Of a stretch of DNA of 36,245 nucleotides, positions 1-8,183 are shown piece after piece. The notes beneath the pieces were generated by a model. That model did no database searches. It saw only the letters and a program-made list of their open reading frames with translations, and was not told where the DNA came from. Within the stretch, counting starts at the first letter, position 1. Each line of letters starts with the position of its first letter. The position numbers and the translations under genes were made by a program. This stretch comes from a virus (taxonomy: Duplodnaviria > Caudoviricetes): IMG/VR virus record IMGVR_UViG_3300016472_000018, positions 1-36,245 of that record; one strand, written 5' to 3'.

Positions 1-28
1 CGCTTCCGTAGCGTCGATTTTTTTTAAG

Positions 29-424
29 TTATTCCAAATTTCCAAGTCGCACAACCTCGCCTCTTGCATAATCGTGAGCCTCGCCTTTCTTTTCGAGCCC
101 TGTTTTTATGGAGTGGCACTCGTGGCAGAGGGATTGGAAGCGGTTGCCCATCCATTTGTCCTTGTCTCTTTTATGAGGGATGACATGATCTACGTGATGA
201 GCTGGTGCGATCTTACCTAGTGACTGACATCGAGCACAGATCGGGTGTTTAGATAATTGGATCTGTCTGAACTGTTTCCATTGCTTCGTGTTGTACAGTT
301 TATTAAATGCTTTACGCTCTTCTGTTAGTGCGCCACCGTGGTTGGTGCAGAAGGTCGAGCCATTAACCTTTGGCTGATTGCAACCTAACTCTCGACAGGT
401 TGTTTGCTTTGGTGTTCTCGGCAT
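29..424 (-). CDS. HNH endonuclease (HK97 gp74-like, packaging-associated)
   Basis: CxxC...HHVDHVIPH...N.FQSLCHECHSIKT HNH motif; precedes the terminase operon if the ends are joined. Confidence 0.9.
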   Translation of the reverse strand: MPRTPKQTTCRELGCNQPKVNGSTFCTNHGGALTEERKAFNKLYNTKQWKQFRQIQLSKHPICARCQSLGKIAPAHHVDHVIPHKRDKDKWMGNRFQSLCHECHSIKTGLEKKGEAHDYARGEVVRLGNLE

Positions 425-536
425 CTGTATATCCTGATGCGTATGCTGCTCTTGCTACTGCTTGAGCCTTTTGTAGTGTGGCGAATGGTCCCTTGCTTCC
501 CCAGTACCATCCCTTTGTTGTCTTTTTGTAGGGCAT
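363..536 (-). CDS. small basic phage protein, 57 aa (MPYKKTTKGWYWGSKGPFATLQKAQAVARAAYASGY...)
   Basis: Translated by hand (below the ORF-track cutoff); ATG overlaps the upstream TAA (TAATG); fills the gap before HNH. Confidence 0.7.
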   Translation of the reverse strand: MPYKKTTKGWYWGSKGPFATLQKAQAVARAAYASGYTDAENTKANNLSRVRLQSAKG

Positions 537-937
537 TACTGCAGGAATCTTAGTTTGTAGAGCGTTGACTGCATGAGCGCAACGATCTCGTCTATGCTGT
601 TTTGGATCGCTGAGTCATCACCCATGGATCCTCTGTAGACCCTCACATACTCAAGCATAAATTCCAGCTCTGCTATCGCCGTATCTGCTGGCGCTCTATA
701 TTCCACAGGGTAATTCAGGATTACAGCCTCAAGCCCTTGCCATTGCTCGACCACTGAATCGACAAGATCTCCCAGGTCATCATAGAAATGTCCTAAAGCC
801 TTGTGCTCGGCATAGGACTTGGACTGTAAATGCAGGATGTGTGCGTTGGTCACTCCGTGGAGTAGGCACATAATGAATTGACCTGGGGTCTTAGCCGGTT
901 TTTCTGACCTAAGCGCTTCCAAGAAATGCTTTTTCAT
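536..937 (-). CDS. Dps/ferritin-like four-helix protein (DUF5856-like)
   Basis: AHILHLQSKSYAEHKALGHFYDDLGDLVDSVVEQ and terminal TLYKLRFL resemble the Dps-like H-x11-H/D/E pattern; start moved to ATG 937, downstream of the terminator. Confidence 0.75.
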   Translation of the reverse strand: MKKHFLEALRSEKPAKTPGQFIMCLLHGVTNAHILHLQSKSYAEHKALGHFYDDLGDLVDSVVEQWQGLEAVILNYPVEYRAPADTAIAELEFMLEYVRVYRGSMGDDSAIQNSIDEIVALMQSTLYKLRFLQ

Positions 938-947
938 TGGCTTGCCT

Positions 948-972
948 AAAAAAATGCCCTCGCGGAGAGGGC
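948..972 (-). terminator. intrinsic terminator
   Basis: Minus strand GCCCTC-TCCGC-GAGGGC followed by ATTTTTTT. Confidence 0.75.
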
Positions 973-1005
973 TAACCAACAAGGAGTAAAAGTATTGTAT
1001 TCCTC

Positions 1006-1191
1006 TTATAGACTGGAATCAAGACTGTTTTTGAAGTCCTCGGACAGCTTCAACAGTCGTTCGCTTTGATACTCCAGTTCTTTTGTCAACTGCTCAATAT
1101 GCTCCAGTTGAATGCCTATTTTGTCCCATCCCGTTAAATCTTGCGTCAGTGAATTTATGTAAGTTTGTTGCGCTAATTTATTCAGATCCAT
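1006..1191 (-). CDS. hypothetical protein (coiled-coil)
   Basis: ORF track; probable start MDLNK at 1191 with AAGGA upstream. Confidence 0.6.
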   Translation of the reverse strand: MDLNKLAQQTYINSLTQDLTGWDKIGIQLEHIEQLTKELEYQSERLLKLSEDFKNSLDSSL

Positions 1192-1265
1192 TTTGTATCC
1201 TTTCAATTTCTCGATTGATATACCAGACTTGTGTAATGCTTTGGATGATTTACATTATCTGTCAT
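1178..1265 (-). pseudogene. internally deleted DUF3310 (T7 gp1.7/SaV-like) gene remnant
   Basis: N-terminus MTDNVNHPKHYTS joined out of frame to C-terminus WYINREIERIQNGSE*; both are hallmark DUF3310 ends. Confidence 0.75.
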
Positions 1266-1507
1266 AACAAAGCCTTTATGTGATTAGGTATCTTAGGCAA
1301 TGGAGCCCATGCAATAAATCGGTCAGACCAAAAGCCAATTACGCAAACGCCGCCAGGATTTAATAACAACATCTTTGTGCCTAACGGAGGTTGTTTATCT
1401 TCTGGAGTCATCCACACTGCATCGCCAGCAATATACGCGTTCATACGTGCAGGACAACTCCTCCCTTGATTGCATTGTTGATTGCATGGTGGGCATCTGT
1501 CTGTCAT
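1262..1507 (-). CDS. hypothetical protein (Cys-rich N-terminal peptide plus DUF551-like domain)
   Basis: CPPCNQQCNQGRSCPAR followed by W...PP...LL...AWAPLPKIP; ATG 1507 overlaps the upstream TGA. Confidence 0.65.
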   Translation of the reverse strand: MTDRCPPCNQQCNQGRSCPARMNAYIAGDAVWMTPEDKQPPLGTKMLLLNPGGVCVIGFWSDRFIAWAPLPKIPNHIKALL

Positions 1508-1710
1508 GCCGCGTTTTTTGAACATAATCTCGGCCACAGATAACTTGCAGATTGAAATGCACCGTTTTCTAACAAAGTCGCGCTGGTTACCTCTTTCCCC
1601 CCAGGTAGAACATAAACATCTTTCTTAATATAGTGCGGCACGATCATAATCTTGTCCAAGTAAAACACTTGCACCCAATCTTTTTCTTGCTTGGCTTCCT
1701 GTTTAATCAT
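1504..1710 (-). CDS. hypothetical protein
   Basis: ORF track; overlaps both neighbours in an operon-like way. Confidence 0.65.
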   Translation of the reverse strand: MIKQEAKQEKDWVQVFYLDKIMIVPHYIKKDVYVLPGGKEVTSATLLENGAFQSASYLWPRLCSKNAA

Positions 1711-1882
1711 TTTTAATCCTTGGTGAAAATTCTGTTGTTGTGAATCTTGTCTTGCATTTCAAACATTCTCTTCTGCGCTCGACATAATATCTTTGCTTGT
1801 TCTCCTCAAAATAAGCTCTGCTGTCAATTACTTTCGTATTAAAACTATTTCTATATTTGTCTACGCAATACGGACATTTCAT
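1703..1882 (-). CDS. NrdR-N-like zinc-ribbon protein, 59 aa
   Basis: Hand translation MKCPYC...TKVIDSR...[16 protein letters not shown] matches the NrdR N-terminal zinc ribbon; no ATP cone. Confidence 0.8.
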   Translation of the reverse strand: MKCPYCVDKYRNSFNTKVIDSRAYFEENKQRYYVERRRECLKCKTRFTTTEFSPRIKND

Positions 1883-2029
1883 TTTATTGACCTGTAGTAT
1901 TTAGCCCATGCACCTTTACGTCCTTTTTCATGCTTAAACATTATTCCGCTGGTTACTAATCTTTGATTAACCAATGCTTTTACATGCTTTCTTGCGCTTC
2001 GCCATGCGGATAATCTCGTCTCTATCCAC
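1879..2029 (-). pseudogene. out-of-frame fusion of two gene remnants
   Basis: GTG start MDRDEIIRMA with GGAG SD stops after 20 codons; another frame with no evident start of its own reads ...SARKHVKALVNQRLV...WAKYYRSIK* and its TGA overlaps the next ATG. Confidence 0.5.
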
Positions 2030-2375
2030 CGTTCTTCTCCTTGAGTTTCGCCTCAATCGCACGGGCAAACTCTCGAATACCACTCTCGCTTAACGACAAG
2101 CGACTCCCATTGCTCCAAATCTCCTCATCCGTCAGCCCAACCCATTGCTTTGGGGTTACTTTTTCGTGGTATGTCTGGTCATTCATTACTGCCATAGCAA
2201 GTGCTTGGCACGTTTTGCAGAGAGTTGAGTCTTTGTAAAGCGCAGTCCATCGGTCAGGGTGACGGCCAATATCTGCGGGTATGTGCGTGATGACATTATT
2301 CTCAATAAAGTTGTGCATCCACGCCACTGGCTGACCGTCATCTGCTGGTGTCTTTGCGTTTTTGTTTTCAGCCAT
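2022..2375 (-). CDS. hypothetical phage protein
   Basis: Common phage accessory motifs QPVAW, WVGLTDEEI, FARAIEAKLKEKN. Confidence 0.75.
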   Translation of the reverse strand: MAENKNAKTPADDGQPVAWMHNFIENNVITHIPADIGRHPDRWTALYKDSTLCKTCQALAMAVMNDQTYHEKVTPKQWVGLTDEEIWSNGSRLSLSESGIREFARAIEAKLKEKNGG

Positions 2376-2580
2376 GATTCTTCTCCTTTAGCTTGGCCGC
2401 TTTTGGCTCATACGTACAAGCGTCTTCGTACTCCAGCACGTCTTGCATCTTGTAGCGAATCAAACCCCCAATCTTCAGGTATCGACACCCTTGTTTCAGC
2501 GACCTGTCGCGCTCCAATGTGGCTTCGCTGATTTTCCATCGGAAGGCCAACTCCTCTTGTGTCATCAGTTGCTCGCTCAT
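2368..2580 (-). CDS. excisionase/AlpA-like HTH DNA-binding protein
   Basis: LMTQEELAFRWKISEATLERDR...YLKIGGLIRY..DVLEYE winged-HTH (HTH_17-type) pattern. Confidence 0.8.
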   Translation of the reverse strand: MSEQLMTQEELAFRWKISEATLERDRSLKQGCRYLKIGGLIRYKMQDVLEYEDACTYEPKAAKLKEKNHG

Positions 2581-2831
2581 TGCGGATTCTCCTCCTCGTC
2601 AAACGCCATATCCACTGGGTGCGGTATGTCGTCATGCGCGATCACATCATCGACGGCCTCAATGTACTTGCCACAGACCACGCAGTAGTAACCTTTATCC
2701 ATTGCTCTTTTCCTCTTTGATAGGCTCTGGCGCAGGGCGGTGATGGCTTGCTTTCTGTTAACAAGTCCGGCATGACTTATTGGATCGCTCTCCAACGCCT
2801 CAAGCGCCATCTGCATAGCTTCTTTGCTCAT
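2577..2831 (-). CDS. hypothetical protein (possibly a fusion of two small genes)
   Basis: MSKEAMQMALEAL...QAITALRQ motif, then CVVCGK domain with an internal SD and ATG at 2702. Confidence 0.65.
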   Translation of the reverse strand: MSKEAMQMALEALESDPISHAGLVNRKQAITALRQSLSKRKRAMDKGYYCVVCGKYIEAVDDVIAHDDIPHPVDMAFDEEENPQ

Positions 2832-2839
2832 GATTTCCT

Positions 2840-3031
2840 CTAAATAATTCGTATGTGGCAAGAGTGATGCAGAGTTCTGCGCTCTTTCTCAAGCAATTTT
2901 CTAACCCAGTGTTTTGTGCCTCCAGGCGTGTTTATTTCTGTGGAAATGTATTGATATTTTTCCCCAGTCCGTTTCAACTCAAACATATCCCCTGGCTTTA
3001 ACCACCGTACGGTCATTGGACGATTTTTCAC
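2840..3031 (-). CDS. hypothetical protein
   Basis: ORF track; GTG overlaps the MazG stop. Confidence 0.6.
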   Translation of the reverse strand: MKNRPMTVRWLKPGDMFELKRTGEKYQYISTEINTPGGTKHWVRKLLEKERRTLHHSCHIRII

Positions 3032-3369
3032 TTATCAGCCCTTGCTATCGCCGCTGCATTTGTATACGTCTCTCCGTAACGCTTCCTCAGCTTTTCTATG
3101 TTTGCCTTCAAAATATCTTCACGATCCAAGCTAAATGCTTGCCTTATGCCTTCAAGGTAAAACTCTATGTCGCCGAGTTCCTCCACAAGATTTGTGAAAT
3201 CCAAAGGCTTTTGGTAGATCGCAAACTTTTTGATGGTGTCTAGCAGCTCACCAGCCTCACCAGACACTCCTATTGCCATATGCAAAGCGAATGCTTGCAT
3301 AGGCGTGAGCTCGTCAACAATGTCTTGCCCTGGCTTTGCAAGGTTTGCTACTAGTTCTTGATGGTTCAT
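3028..3369 (-). CDS. MazG-like nucleotide pyrophosphohydrolase
   Basis: GVSGEAGELLDTIKK...EELGDIEFYL...NIEKLRKRY. Confidence 0.9.
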   Translation of the reverse strand: MNHQELVANLAKPGQDIVDELTPMQAFALHMAIGVSGEAGELLDTIKKFAIYQKPLDFTNLVEELGDIEFYLEGIRQAFSLDREDILKANIEKLRKRYGETYTNAAAIARADK

Positions 3370-3463
3370 ATTTTGTCCTTTAATGTTTTGCCGCGTTTAT
3401 GAGGCGCAACAGCGTCTGCCGCTTTAATAATGTCGCACTGCGCGTGTTACCCGAGCGCCCCCT

Positions 3464-3597
3464 CTAAAACGGAGCCTCCCCCAAGGTTTTCAGAATGTCT
3501 TTCTTAGTCACTTTTTTTTCTTTACCCATTTGTTTTTAACTAGGGTCTGTTGAAACGGCCAATTAGGGTGTTTTGCTATTTCTTTCGTTGGTTCCAT
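3464..3597 (-). CDS. small protein MEPTKEIAKHPNWPF...; 29 aa, or 44 aa ending LGEAPF with a -1 shift at A AAA AAG
   Basis: Strong GGAGG SD before ATG 3597; zero-frame TGA at 3508-3510; -1 frame open to TAG at 3464-3466. Confidence 0.55.
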
Positions 3598-3650
3598 ATC
3601 GCCTCCGTAAAATTGCATTGTTGTGAGACTTTTTTTTGCTGGCAAAGTGT

Positions 3651-4571
3651 TTACTGATGGACGGTGGGTTTGGGCTGATAATCGGTAGTCAATCCACCGG
3701 AATCTTGGACGTATTGCTGGCTCTTTTTGTCAAACCAAAGTTTTGCAACGCCCTCCCATTCACCGTTTCGCTGTTTTTCAAAACTTAGAAACGCATCAGG
3801 GATGGAATGATCGACAAAGCCGTGAGCCTCAAAATCGCGCTCCTTCGATTTATTTCTGTGCATGAGGATTACATTGTCCACTTGATCTGCGACGCTCCCA
3901 GACCCCTTTAAATCGTTTTTAGAGGGTGTTTTGTTGTCATCGGACTGTTTCCTGATGTGATGGACAAGATGAACGTGAATATTTTGATCTCTGGCAAGAG
4001 CACACAACTGATCCGTGAAGTCTTTTTGAGAGTCGTAATCCGTCTCACCGCGGGTGCATTTCATCAGGCTATCAATGAAATAATGCTGGCAGCCAAGCAT
4101 TGTTTTTGCGTAAACACCGACACCTAAGACTTGAGTAGGGCTTACAGTTCCCTGAACATCGTAGAACCAAAGTCGATCTTTGACCCATTCCTTGAACTTC
4201 TCGTGGGCTTGCAATGTCGGGAATGACATACGCGACCATTGGCGAATCATCCGTTGCAGGGTTCTTGCTGGCTTCATTTCAAAAGACGCAATCACAACCC
4301 GTTGATTTTGGCTCATCAGATGAATTGCGATCTGACCAGCAATCAAACTCTTTCCAGATCCATTCTGACCGGCGAGCACCGTAACCTCTCCTGCTCTGTA
4401 AAGAAATTTGTCTTGCAGCTTTTCCCAGGGGAGAACAATGTCAACTTGCTCCACCGGATTTCGCATTTGATAAATCAGTTCTTCTAGGCAATCTTCAGCG
4501 GCACGAACCTTGACAGATGCCTCCATCTGCTCATACCACGCTTTGTAATCAAGATTTTCCAAGATGTTCAT
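3651..4571 (-). CDS. SF4 DnaB-like replicative helicase
   Basis: Walker A GQNGSGKS, SFEM, FIDSL, HLVHHIRK, DLKGSGSV, KQRNGE. Confidence 0.92.
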   Translation of the reverse strand: MNILENLDYKAWYEQMEASVKVRAAEDCLEELIYQMRNPVEQVDIVLPWEKLQDKFLYRAGEVTVLAGQNGSGKSLIAGQIAIHLMSQNQRVVIASFEMKPARTLQRMIRQWSRMSFPTLQAHEKFKEWVKDRLWFYDVQGTVSPTQVLGVGVYAKTMLGCQHYFIDSLMKCTRGETDYDSQKDFTDQLCALARDQNIHVHLVHHIRKQSDDNKTPSKNDLKGSGSVADQVDNVILMHRNKSKERDFEAHGFVDHSIPDAFLSFEKQRNGEWEGVAKLWFDKKSQQYVQDSGGLTTDYQPKPTVHQ

Positions 4572-4854
4572 GCGTCCACCTCCGAATCCCACACCAAGCC
4601 TGGGGCGTAATGGCAAACCACTCGCGCGGGGGCATATTTTTTTATTGCTTGCAGGACAACATAAGCCTCGTCGGGATCTTCTGCTGTTAAAAACACCCTT
4701 AGCTGTCTCACAAAACGAAAGTCTCGGTCTTTAGGATCTATGACTACAACCGGATAGTCAGGATGCGGATCTGGCTCGCCAGAGAAGTCTATAAAAACGG
4801 CTTTAGGTGGTTTGCTTGCAAGCTGTAGGTTGTTTACGAAGTCGTGGCCTTTCA

Positions 4855-4855
<1 letters not shown>
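4568..4855 (-). CDS. hypothetical protein in replication operon
   Basis: Translationally coupled between the initiator and the helicase. Confidence 0.75.
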
Positions 4856-5466
<611 letters not shown>

Positions 5467-5488
5467 AAGACTTTCCTTCAAAAAGTCA

Positions 5489-5558
5489 TCTTCACTGATG
5501 AGGTGCAAACGGCAGGCAGGTGAAGAGTCTGCTTTTCGGTAGCTAACCTAGCCGATGC
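5489..5558 (-). ncRNA. structured leader RNA (C4-antisense-like) upstream of the initiator
   Basis: Outer stem GCATCGGC/GCCGTTTGC encloses GGT-TAGCT-ACC and GCAG-ACTCTTCAC-CTGC hairpins; loop TCTTCAC is complementary to downstream GTGAAGA. Confidence 0.55.
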
Positions 5559-5573
5559 GATCAACCAGCTAAA

Positions 5574-5602
5574 AGTCTAAACAAAGTTCCTTATCCCTGC
5601 AA
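5574..5602 (-). promoter_or_regulatory. sigma70-like promoter for the replication operon
   Basis: TTGCAG-17 bp-TAGACT directly upstream of the structured leader. Confidence 0.55.
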
Positions 5603-5658
5603 GTCATACTAAAATTCTAAAATTTGTGATATAAGGCGGCAACCTTTTAGGGGATGTC

Positions 5659-6618
5659 ATGAATGCCTTATGTACCGATGAAGAATTTATCGCTCTTTGG
5701 CTGAAACTGGGCAGTCCTGCTGCGGTTGCCCGAGCCCTAAACACGAACGTCCGAACCGTCTACAACCGTCGAAATTCGGTGTCTCAACGGCACAACATTC
5801 CCCTGGAAACAACCAGTGACGGTCGATTGAACCAAGCCGTGATTACGCATTCCTACGACAAGATGAAAAGCGTAGTTGACATCACGGGTCGCGTGATTGT
5901 TTTTAGTGATGCTCACTTTCAACCCAACCAAACCTCTGTAGCTTTTAAAGCGCTTCTAAAGGTCATCAAGATGACAAAGCCGCAGATGATCGTGGCTAAC
6001 GGCGACATTTTGGATGGCGCGATAATTTCCAAATATGGCGCGGAAGATTGGACAGAGCGTCCAACATTGCAACAGGAGCTAGAGTCTGTGCAATATCACA
6101 TGGATGCCATTCACAAAGCATGTAAAGGGCTTGGCACGATCTTGCACCGCACCATTGGGAACCACTGCATCAGATTCGACAAGCGGCTGGCAAATGCTGC
6201 GCCTGAATTTCGTGGAATCAAAGGTACGTCATTGACGGATCACATTCAGGAATGGTCTGTAAGCTGGGCTGTTCTTGTCAACGAAAACACGATGATTAAG
6301 CATCGGATGCAACATTCTGGCATTCACAGCGGCTACAACAATGTTTTGAAATCAGGTTTGAATAGCGTCACAGGGCATACGCATCTTTTAGAGGTTAAGC
6401 CGTGGGGAGACTATTCGGGAAGGAGATACGGTGTATCTACAGGCATGCTGGCAGATCCTGATTCGTCAGCCTTCAGATACGTTGAACTAAACTCAGTACC
6501 TTGGTGTAGTGGTTTTGTCGTTTTGTCGTTTGATAATAATGGTCGATTGCTTCCTCCAGAGTTGGTGGAAGTTATCGAGGGCGTTCCTTATTTTCGTGGC
6601 CAACAAATTGAGGTGTAA
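5659..6618 (+). CDS. calcineurin-like metallophosphoesterase with N-terminal HTH
   Basis: SDAH, NGDILD, GNH, GHTH motifs; N-terminal AAVARALNTNVRTVYNR HTH. Confidence 0.88.
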   Translation: MNALCTDEEFIALWLKLGSPAAVARALNTNVRTVYNRRNSVSQRHNIPLETTSDGRLNQAVITHSYDKMKSVVDITGRVIVFSDAHFQPNQTSVAFKALLKVIKMTKPQMIVANGDILDGAIISKYGAEDWTERPTLQQELESVQYHMDAIHKACKGLGTILHRTIGNHCIRFDKRLANAAPEFRGIKGTSLTDHIQEWSVSWAVLVNENTMIKHRMQHSGIHSGYNNVLKSGLNSVTGHTHLLEVKPWGDYSGRRYGVSTGMLADPDSSAFRYVELNSVPWCSGFVVLSFDNNGRLLPPELVEVIEGVPYFRGQQIEV

Positions 6619-6619
6619 C

Positions 6620-6763
6620 ATGGATGAAGTCTTTGTTTCGATTGATCTCACCGAGCATGAGTTTGATGCACTCGTTGAGTGGATTGGTGACCAATCTATT
6701 GACAGCGGCCTGGGTAAACTCTACGACCGTCTGATCGCAGCAACCGAAGTCGAAGAGTCTTAA
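6620..6763 (+). CDS. small acidic hypothetical protein, 47 aa
   Basis: GAGGTG SD, ATG 6620 immediately after the phosphoesterase stop. Confidence 0.65.
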   Translation: MDEVFVSIDLTEHEFDALVEWIGDQSIDSGLGKLYDRLIAATEVEES

Positions 6764-7074
6764 AACTCAACGATCTTGCAAGCCCACCCTGACTTTAGTT
6801 TACGCCAGCCGTGGGCTTCAATTTTCCATCCAGCTCGTATGATTGCAGGCAAGAACTCGCAATCTTCTATCTTCTTTACCCTGGCGTTGAGATTGTTGCC
6901 TGACGTTGTTTGAACTAACAGGGTCTCAGAATCCCTGATGGCTATGATGTCGCCAATCGTAAAAAGGTCAATTCTGATCCGCGCATGAGGGTTCCATCGC
7001 TCTACAACTTGGCAAAGATAACCCTTTTCCCTCAACATTTCTAAGCTGCGCTGCGTTGGTGATTTGCCGCTCAT
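6760..7074 (-). CDS. PD-(D/E)XK-like nuclease / putative Holliday junction resolvase
   Basis: LREKGYLCQVVE...DLFTIGDIIAIR...LLVQTTS (PD...Q variant). Confidence 0.65.
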   Translation of the reverse strand: MSGKSPTQRSLEMLREKGYLCQVVERWNPHARIRIDLFTIGDIIAIRDSETLLVQTTSGNNLNARVKKIEDCEFLPAIIRAGWKIEAHGWRKLKSGWACKIVEF

Positions 7075-7115
7075 CGTGTAAAACCTGCCTTTCGTCTGCT
7101 GGTATTAGATTTGTC

Positions 7116-7143
7116 TTGCAAGCATTTGTGGTTTCGCTAAGAT
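7116..7143 (+). promoter_or_regulatory. sigma70-like early promoter
   Basis: TTGCAA-16 bp-TAAGAT upstream of the plus-strand operon. Confidence 0.45.
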
Positions 7144-7169
7144 TACTCCACCAACTAACGGAAAGCGAT

Positions 7170-7433
7170 ATGAACACAACAATTGAACAAGAGATCAACG
7201 AAATTAAATCAACATTTGCTGTATCGAAATGCAACATTCAGCGCAATGTTCGTTATATCCGCAGTAAAAATTACTGGGTAAAAATCACAAGAGACAACGA
7301 CTTTACTTTTGCTTTTGGTTACAGCGGTGAACTTAAAGCGCATGAAAGGAAACAAAAGTCATTCCGTTACACGCCAAATTGGAATGAGGCAATCGACCAC
7401 GCAATGTGGTGGCTTGCACACAAAGAGAGATAA
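7170..7433 (+). CDS. hypothetical early protein
   Basis: ATG 7170 downstream of the promoter; followed by a terminator. Confidence 0.7.
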   Translation: MNTTIEQEINEIKSTFAVSKCNIQRNVRYIRSKNYWVKITRDNDFTFAFGYSGELKAHERKQKSFRYTPNWNEAIDHAMWWLAHKER

Positions 7434-7439
7434 ACCAAC

Positions 7440-7459
7440 GGGGCCTCGCGCCCCTTTTT
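7440..7459 (+). terminator. intrinsic terminator
   Basis: GGGGC-CTCGC-GCCCC followed by TTTTT. Confidence 0.7.
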
Positions 7460-7496
7460 GCTATGAACTACGACTATTTTTTAGACAGGAAATTAT

Positions 7497-7577
7497 ATGA
7501 ACACCAAGAAGGATTGGATCGTTGCAATTGCTTTCGGAATCATTTATGGGACGATGATGTTCTTTTTCATACGATAG
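7497..7577 (+). CDS. 26-aa single-TM peptide MNTKKDWIVAIAFGIIYGTMMFFFIR
   Basis: AGGA SD; hydrophobic helix; stop abuts the ERF SD. Confidence 0.55.
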   Translation: MNTKKDWIVAIAFGIIYGTMMFFFIR

Positions 7578-7586
7578 GAGAATGCT

Positions 7587-8183
7587 GTGCAAAAAGTATA
7601 CGAAAGTATAAGCAAAGTGATGGCGACGATAGCGAAAGCTGGGATTGCGAAGGGCAGGATCAATGAGTTACAGAAATATACCTTTAGAGGTATAGACGAT
7701 GTTTACAACGCTATGGCTCCCATTCTTGCGGAGCATAAGTTATGTGTTCTTCCCAGGGTCACCAGCAGAGACGTAACTGAGCGCGTCAACAAACACGGCA
7801 CTGCTTTGTTCTATGTCACTGTTGAAATGGAGTTCGCTTTAGTCTCAGGCGAAGATGGCTCTAGCCACGTTATAAGCACCATAGGCGAGGCTATGGACTC
7901 AGGTGATAAGGCTACCAACAAAGCAATGTCAGCGGCCTATAAGTACGCTCTCATGCAGGCATTCTGTATTCCTACAGAGGGCGACAATGACTCCGAGAAT
8001 CAAACGCATGAGGTTGTCAAAAACGATCTTGAAATTGATTTGGGAAAGATTGCTAAAGCCAACAAAGATACTTTGAAACAAGAGTTTTCTGCTGCGGTAA
8101 AAAAGCACAAAGAGTCGGTGGAAAGCATAAAAGCCATTGAAGCCGCTAAAGACATCCGTAAAAAGGAGCTTGGCATCCAGTGA
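7587..8183 (+). CDS. erf: ERF-family single-strand annealing protein
   Basis: YTFRGIDDVYNA...GEAMDSGDKATNKAMSAAYKYALMQAFCIPT..D.D. Confidence 0.9.
   Translation: MQKVYESISKVMATIAKAGIAKGRINELQKYTFRGIDDVYNAMAPILAEHKLCVLPRVTSRDVTERVNKHGTALFYVTVEMEFALVSGEDGSSHVISTIGEAMDSGDKATNKAMSAAYKYALMQAFCIPTEGDNDSENQTHEVVKNDLEIDLGKIAKANKDTLKQEFSAAVKKHKESVESIKAIEAAKDIRKKELGIQ

Noticed and set aside
2368-2580. Xis-like gene as evidence of a prophage
   Set aside because: No integrase, att site or host genes in the window
7406-7666. 86-aa ORF (or MNYDYFLDRKLYEH from 7463)
   Set aside because: Spans the terminator, has no SD and overlaps erf by 80 bp; may be a remnant but is unsupported
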